DNA from: Elusimicrobiota bacterium
GTDB taxonomy: Bacteria > Elusimicrobiota > Elusimicrobia > Elusimicrobiales > UBA9959
Assembly (NCBI GenBank): GCA_003450815.1
Contig: DMES01000037.1
Coordinates: 831-64,830 of the forward strand
Direction: 5' to 3'
DNA length: 64,000 bases
The position numbers and the translations under genes were made by a program. Below, piece after piece: positions 60,688 through 64,000 of the stretch. Positions within the stretch are counted from its first letter, which is position 1, and each line of letters begins with the position of its first letter. The notes under the pieces were generated by a model that saw nothing but the letters and a program-made list of their open reading frames with translations, was not told where the DNA came from and ran no database searches.

Positions 60688-61557
60688 TTAGAAAAACGCC
60701 TGAACAAATATCTTATAGTAGCTCTTGCAGGGCCCGGTACTTTGCTTATACAAATTATAAGCAAAGTCGAACGAGGATGTTTCATTCAGGCGCAATTTGA
60801 GCCCGAAAACAGCCGAATCAGCCGGGGCCTCCTGCCTGAAAGATATTCTACTAAATCCCGCGTAAAAATAACTATCAAAATCAGGCGCCATGTTGCGAGC
60901 GAATTGCAGAACCAAAGCCAGCTCGGGAAGGGCGGTGACCGTTTTGAAGGTTCCCAGGTCGGCCAATTCCGACTGGTCAAGAACCGGGTTTATTAAATCC
61001 CGGCTTTTAACCCCGGCGGGTTTGGTGAAGCCGGAGGCTGAGAGCGAAAAGAAGAACTGGTCATCCATGGCCTTTTCCAATTGCGCGCCAAAGGCGCTCT
61101 GGCTGAATGTTTTATCTATTCTTGTGCCGCCAATGTTTTGGCCGGTCTTTTGTTCGGCTATCGCTCCTGAAATAGTGAGGTGCAGATAGTTCGGATTTAA
61201 GTTGCCGTTCAAAGAGGTCAGGGCGGAAAACCGGGCCCCGTGTGCGCTTGATTTTATCAGACCGGCGGGATAAAGAAAGGGCCTGAAAGACAGGAAATAA
61301 TTTTTGCCTGAATATAAGACAGGCAGGCGCAGAGAATACACTTTGTCCCGGTATATCCCTCCATCCTTATAGAATGCGACGCCCAGCGCCATCACGGTTC
61401 TGGTGGAGATTTTGGAAAAAAAAGAGAAAGAGTCTTTGGCAAAATTGTTAGAGCCAAAGGAGTAATCATTTTCCGCCCATGTGGCTCCGCGAAGCGGAGC
61501 GTGCGCAAACAACAAAAAGACCATCAACGCCAGAGATGTCTTTAGAGGCTCTTTCAT
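60688..61557 (-). CDS. predicted outer-membrane beta-barrel protein, hypothetical
   Basis: 289 aa. It has a signal peptide, an alternating amphipathic pattern, and a C-terminal ..IFVQAFF aromatic terminus. Its stop lies 3 nt from the downstream kinase start. Confidence 0.55.
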   Translation of the reverse strand: MKEPLKTSLALMVFLLFAHAPLRGATWAENDYSFGSNNFAKDSFSFFSKISTRTVMALGVAFYKDGGIYRDKVYSLRLPVLYSGKNYFLSFRPFLYPAGLIKSSAHGARFSALTSLNGNLNPNYLHLTISGAIAEQKTGQNIGGTRIDKTFSQSAFGAQLEKAMDDQFFFSLSASGFTKPAGVKSRDLINPVLDQSELADLGTFKTVTALPELALVLQFARNMAPDFDSYFYAGFSRISFRQEAPADSAVFGLKLRLNETSSFDFAYNLYKQSTGPCKSYYKIFVQAFF

Positions 61558-61840
61558 GTATTTACATTATATATTATTGAACCCTGCTGTCTATTTTTTT
61601 TTAGCATGCGCGTTTTCATGCCGTTCTGGATAACGGCTTTGGAGGCCGCAAGTTTCGGAAGGCGCAAGACTGAGGGCTGAAGTTGTCCGTCTGGAGGCCT
61701 TCAGCCTTATCTTACTTTACGGATAGGAAGAGATACTGCGGAAAATCGTAAAGGTCGCAGTTGGTAAGCGTTATGTCCACCGGCGAATTACTCATGCCGC
61801 CCTTCAGTGTCCCTGTTTTTACGGCGAAAGTGGACTTTGA

Positions 61841-62302
61841 TCAAACTCTGAATAGAACGTCAAACAGTGAGTCGTACACTTTCTGTCCCACCTGTACCTC
61901 GGTCACATAGTAGTATTTGGCAAGACCGATGGCCGCATCGCCCGCGTCCCTGCCTGAAACGTCAACCATAATAAAATAGTAGTTGCCTCCATCTGTGTAG
62001 GCCCCGGCTTTGAACCCCGCTGCATTCAGTTCTTTGAGTACCGCGTCAATATCCAGGCCTTTCTTCAGTTTTGCCACCAAAGTGTCATTCATGTCCGACT
62101 GCGCCTCGTTGACCTTTATTTTGGCGAGAGCTATGTTCTGCTGGTTGTATTTTACATCCGGCATAGGCGCGGCGGGCATGGGTATTTCTGTTTTAAGGAG
62201 TTGTTTGTTTATGTCTTTGAGAGTTATGGGCGAAAGTTCCCCGGCGAATACCGTGCCGGCCGCCAGTAAAAAGATGCCGATAAAATAAGCGTTGGTTTTC
62301 AT
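61841..62302 (-). CDS. secreted hypothetical protein
   Basis: 153 aa. AGGAGG is upstream. Signal peptide MKTNAYFIGIFLLAAGTVFA. Confidence 0.6.
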   Translation of the reverse strand: MKTNAYFIGIFLLAAGTVFAGELSPITLKDINKQLLKTEIPMPAAPMPDVKYNQQNIALAKIKVNEAQSDMNDTLVAKLKKGLDIDAVLKELNAAGFKAGAYTDGGNYYFIMVDVSGRDAGDAAIGLAKYYYVTEVQVGQKVYDSLFDVLFRV

Positions 62303-62480
62303 GTGTAGCCTCCTATGATTCTTACTTTCGTATATTATGCACTAAAGCGTAGTTTTTGACAAAGGTCCTAAGTCCCGGCGCGCTTGGGCCTTTTGGTCCA
62401 GCCGTTCCCGGGACTTTGGAGGCTTGACATGTAAAGGGCATCTGCTATACTATAAGCGTCCGGGTTTCCAAGGAGGATTT

Positions 62481-63971
62481 ATGACGCGGAAAATAATGGC
62501 GATGGCGGCTCTTTTAAGTTTCTGTCTGTCCGATATTTCGTATGCTGTCAGCCTTAATTTCAGCGGCTCAGCTTACAGTCTGGATAATTCCAATGTTCCC
62601 CTGCCCGATGTGGCAAAAGCGGCACGAATAACCCCGCCCGCTTCCAGGACGGAAAAAAAATGGACCGTTATGGTTTTTCTGAACGGAAAGAACAACCTTG
62701 AACCAGCCGGGCTTTATAATGTAAACCAGATGGAAAAAGTGGGTTCCACAAAGGATGTTAACATTGTGGTGGAGCTTGGGCGGCTGAACGGAGGAGGCGC
62801 GGCCGGCACGGCTGAAAACTGGACCGGCGCAAGGCGGCTGTTTATAAAGAAAGATAACGACCCGAATAAGATAACCTCTCCCGGAATAGAGGGCGGCGGT
62901 AATGCCGATATGGGCGATTACAAGCGGGTGGTAGATTTTATCAACTGGGCCAGGAAATATTACCCCGCGCGGAAGTACATGCTTATCCTCTGGGACCACG
63001 GCACAGGCTGGATGGACCCCCAGCAGACTACGAACCCCGACAACAAGGGCATCTCTTTTGACGATGAAACCAATAACTACATAAGGACCAGGCAGATAGG
63101 CCAGATACTGAAAGACGCGGGAAAGGTGAATGTGCTGGCTTTTGACGCCTGCCTGATGCAGATGGGTGAAGTGGCTTTTGAGGTTAAAGATAAAACCGAT
63201 GTTGTTGTGGGTTCGGAAGAGGTCGTTCCCGGGCTTGGTTTCCCTTACAGTCTGTTTCTCGGCGCTTTGGCAGGCAATCCTGACATGAGCGCGGAAACTC
63301 TGGGAGCCGCCACGGTTGAGTCCTTCAAAATGTTTTATGATGCGTTAAATACGAACGCTGCCGCGGCCGGCAAACCTGTATCCGGCGTGCAACTCTCCGC
63401 CATCCGCTCCGCCAAACTTGGCGATTTTGGGACCATGGTTTCCGCGTTTGCGGCCCTGGCCAAAGAAGTCAATGACACAGACGCGCTTCAGGCTGCCAGA
63501 GCCGGAGTCATGCGCTACGATATAATCGGTAAGAATTCCGATCTGCAAAAAACCATCAGCTTCTACGGCGATTTGCATAATTATGCCGGGCTGCTGGCCG
63601 CAGCCCTTAAGGGTACTGAGGGGCCTACAAAAGCCGCCACCCTGAAGCGCTATGCCGCCGACCTGCAGAACTTTATTGACAAGGAACTGGTCATTGATAA
63701 CAAAGCGTCAGGGAAAGACCGCCTGGGCCGCGATATGGCCGACAGCCACGGCATTTCCATCTATCTGCCTCCCGCAGAGGCCAGGGTGCCGCAGGAGAAG
63801 CTTGAGGGAATATTTGAGGGCAAGTATACCGACTTTGAATTTGATAAGGCGACCAGGTGGCATGACTTCATAAACTATCTGTATGGATTGAAGGACATTA
63901 CGGCTAAGGGAGAGACGCAGCGCGGAGGAGTTCCAGCAATGGATATTCCGGTCATAAACTTAGCGCGCTGA
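62481..63971 (+). CDS. clostripain-family (C11) cysteine peptidase, secreted
   Basis: AAGGAGG is upstream of ATG 62481. It has a signal peptide, WTVMVFLNGKNNLE, ILWDHGTGW (His) and LAFDACLM (Cys). Confidence 0.8.
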   Translation: MTRKIMAMAALLSFCLSDISYAVSLNFSGSAYSLDNSNVPLPDVAKAARITPPASRTEKKWTVMVFLNGKNNLEPAGLYNVNQMEKVGSTKDVNIVVELGRLNGGGAAGTAENWTGARRLFIKKDNDPNKITSPGIEGGGNADMGDYKRVVDFINWARKYYPARKYMLILWDHGTGWMDPQQTTNPDNKGISFDDETNNYIRTRQIGQILKDAGKVNVLAFDACLMQMGEVAFEVKDKTDVVVGSEEVVPGLGFPYSLFLGALAGNPDMSAETLGAATVESFKMFYDALNTNAAAAGKPVSGVQLSAIRSAKLGDFGTMVSAFAALAKEVNDTDALQAARAGVMRYDIIGKNSDLQKTISFYGDLHNYAGLLAAALKGTEGPTKAATLKRYAADLQNFIDKELVIDNKASGKDRLGRDMADSHGISIYLPPAEARVPQEKLEGIFEGKYTDFEFDKATRWHDFINYLYGLKDITAKGETQRGGVPAMDIPVINLAR

Positions 63972-64000
63972 TAACTTCCGGATTTTCCGCTGAATACTGT

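Noticed and set aside
1-64000. Search by eye for tRNA, rRNA, tmRNA and RNase P/SRP signatures
   Set aside because: I found no GGTTCGAATCC-type T-arm contexts or rRNA-like conserved stretches. A proper tRNAscan/Infernal run is still needed to be sure.

Overview
This is a 64-kb window from a diderm (Gram-negative-type) bacterium. GC is mid-50s % by eye on hand-counted lines. I cannot assign a taxon from sequence alone. I found no rRNA, tRNA or CRISPR array.

The window falls into four blocks.

(1) 1-8.6 kb is an AT-richer accessory island. It holds a solute-binding protein coupled to a sensor kinase, an intact IS3-family element with a 3-bp target duplication, a serine hydrolase, a radical-SAM gene with an overlapping small ORF, and a secreted Cys-rich protein.

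(2) 8.9-26 kb is a core outer-membrane and lipid A supercluster, almost all on the minus strand: ZIP transporter, msbA, lpxB, a Gfo/Idh/MocA oxidoreductase, a DUF374 acyltransferase-like gene, lpxI, lpxA, fabZ, lpxC, lpxD, skp and bamA. An S1-domain gene and a PIN-PhoH gene lie on the plus strand. The intergenic gaps carry a family of hairpin elements built from the word GATTACAC(A/G)GATT. One copy holds an intact GxxExxY (PD-(D/E)XK-like) gene.

(3) 26-53.3 kb is an accessory region dominated by radical-SAM chemistry. It starts with a minus-strand triad (rSAM, U32, U32-like partner), a secreted barnase-type RNase with barstar, a hydrolase, and two tandem tail-fibre-motif paralogues.

The headline feature follows: a 20-gene, single-strand, tightly coupled operon (33297-53280). 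It is built around a 110-aa peptide ending in 12 His-Xaa-Ser triplets. It contains 12 radical-SAM enzymes (three HxsB-like), two HxsD-like proteins, a second U32 pair, an A24 prepilin-peptidase-like membrane protein and a class-V cysteine desulfurase. I read it as a greatly expanded, uncharacterised variant of the bioinformatically defined His-Xaa-Ser (Hxs) system.

(4) 53.3-64 kb holds a ygeY / ygeW / carbamate-kinase / threonine-synthase-like module, an operon of a predicted outer-membrane beta-barrel protein and a GAF histidine kinase, and a clostripain-family (C11) peptidase.

Function calls rest on motif recognition by eye and carry no database search. Many antisense ORFs in the supplied track are shadows of real genes.
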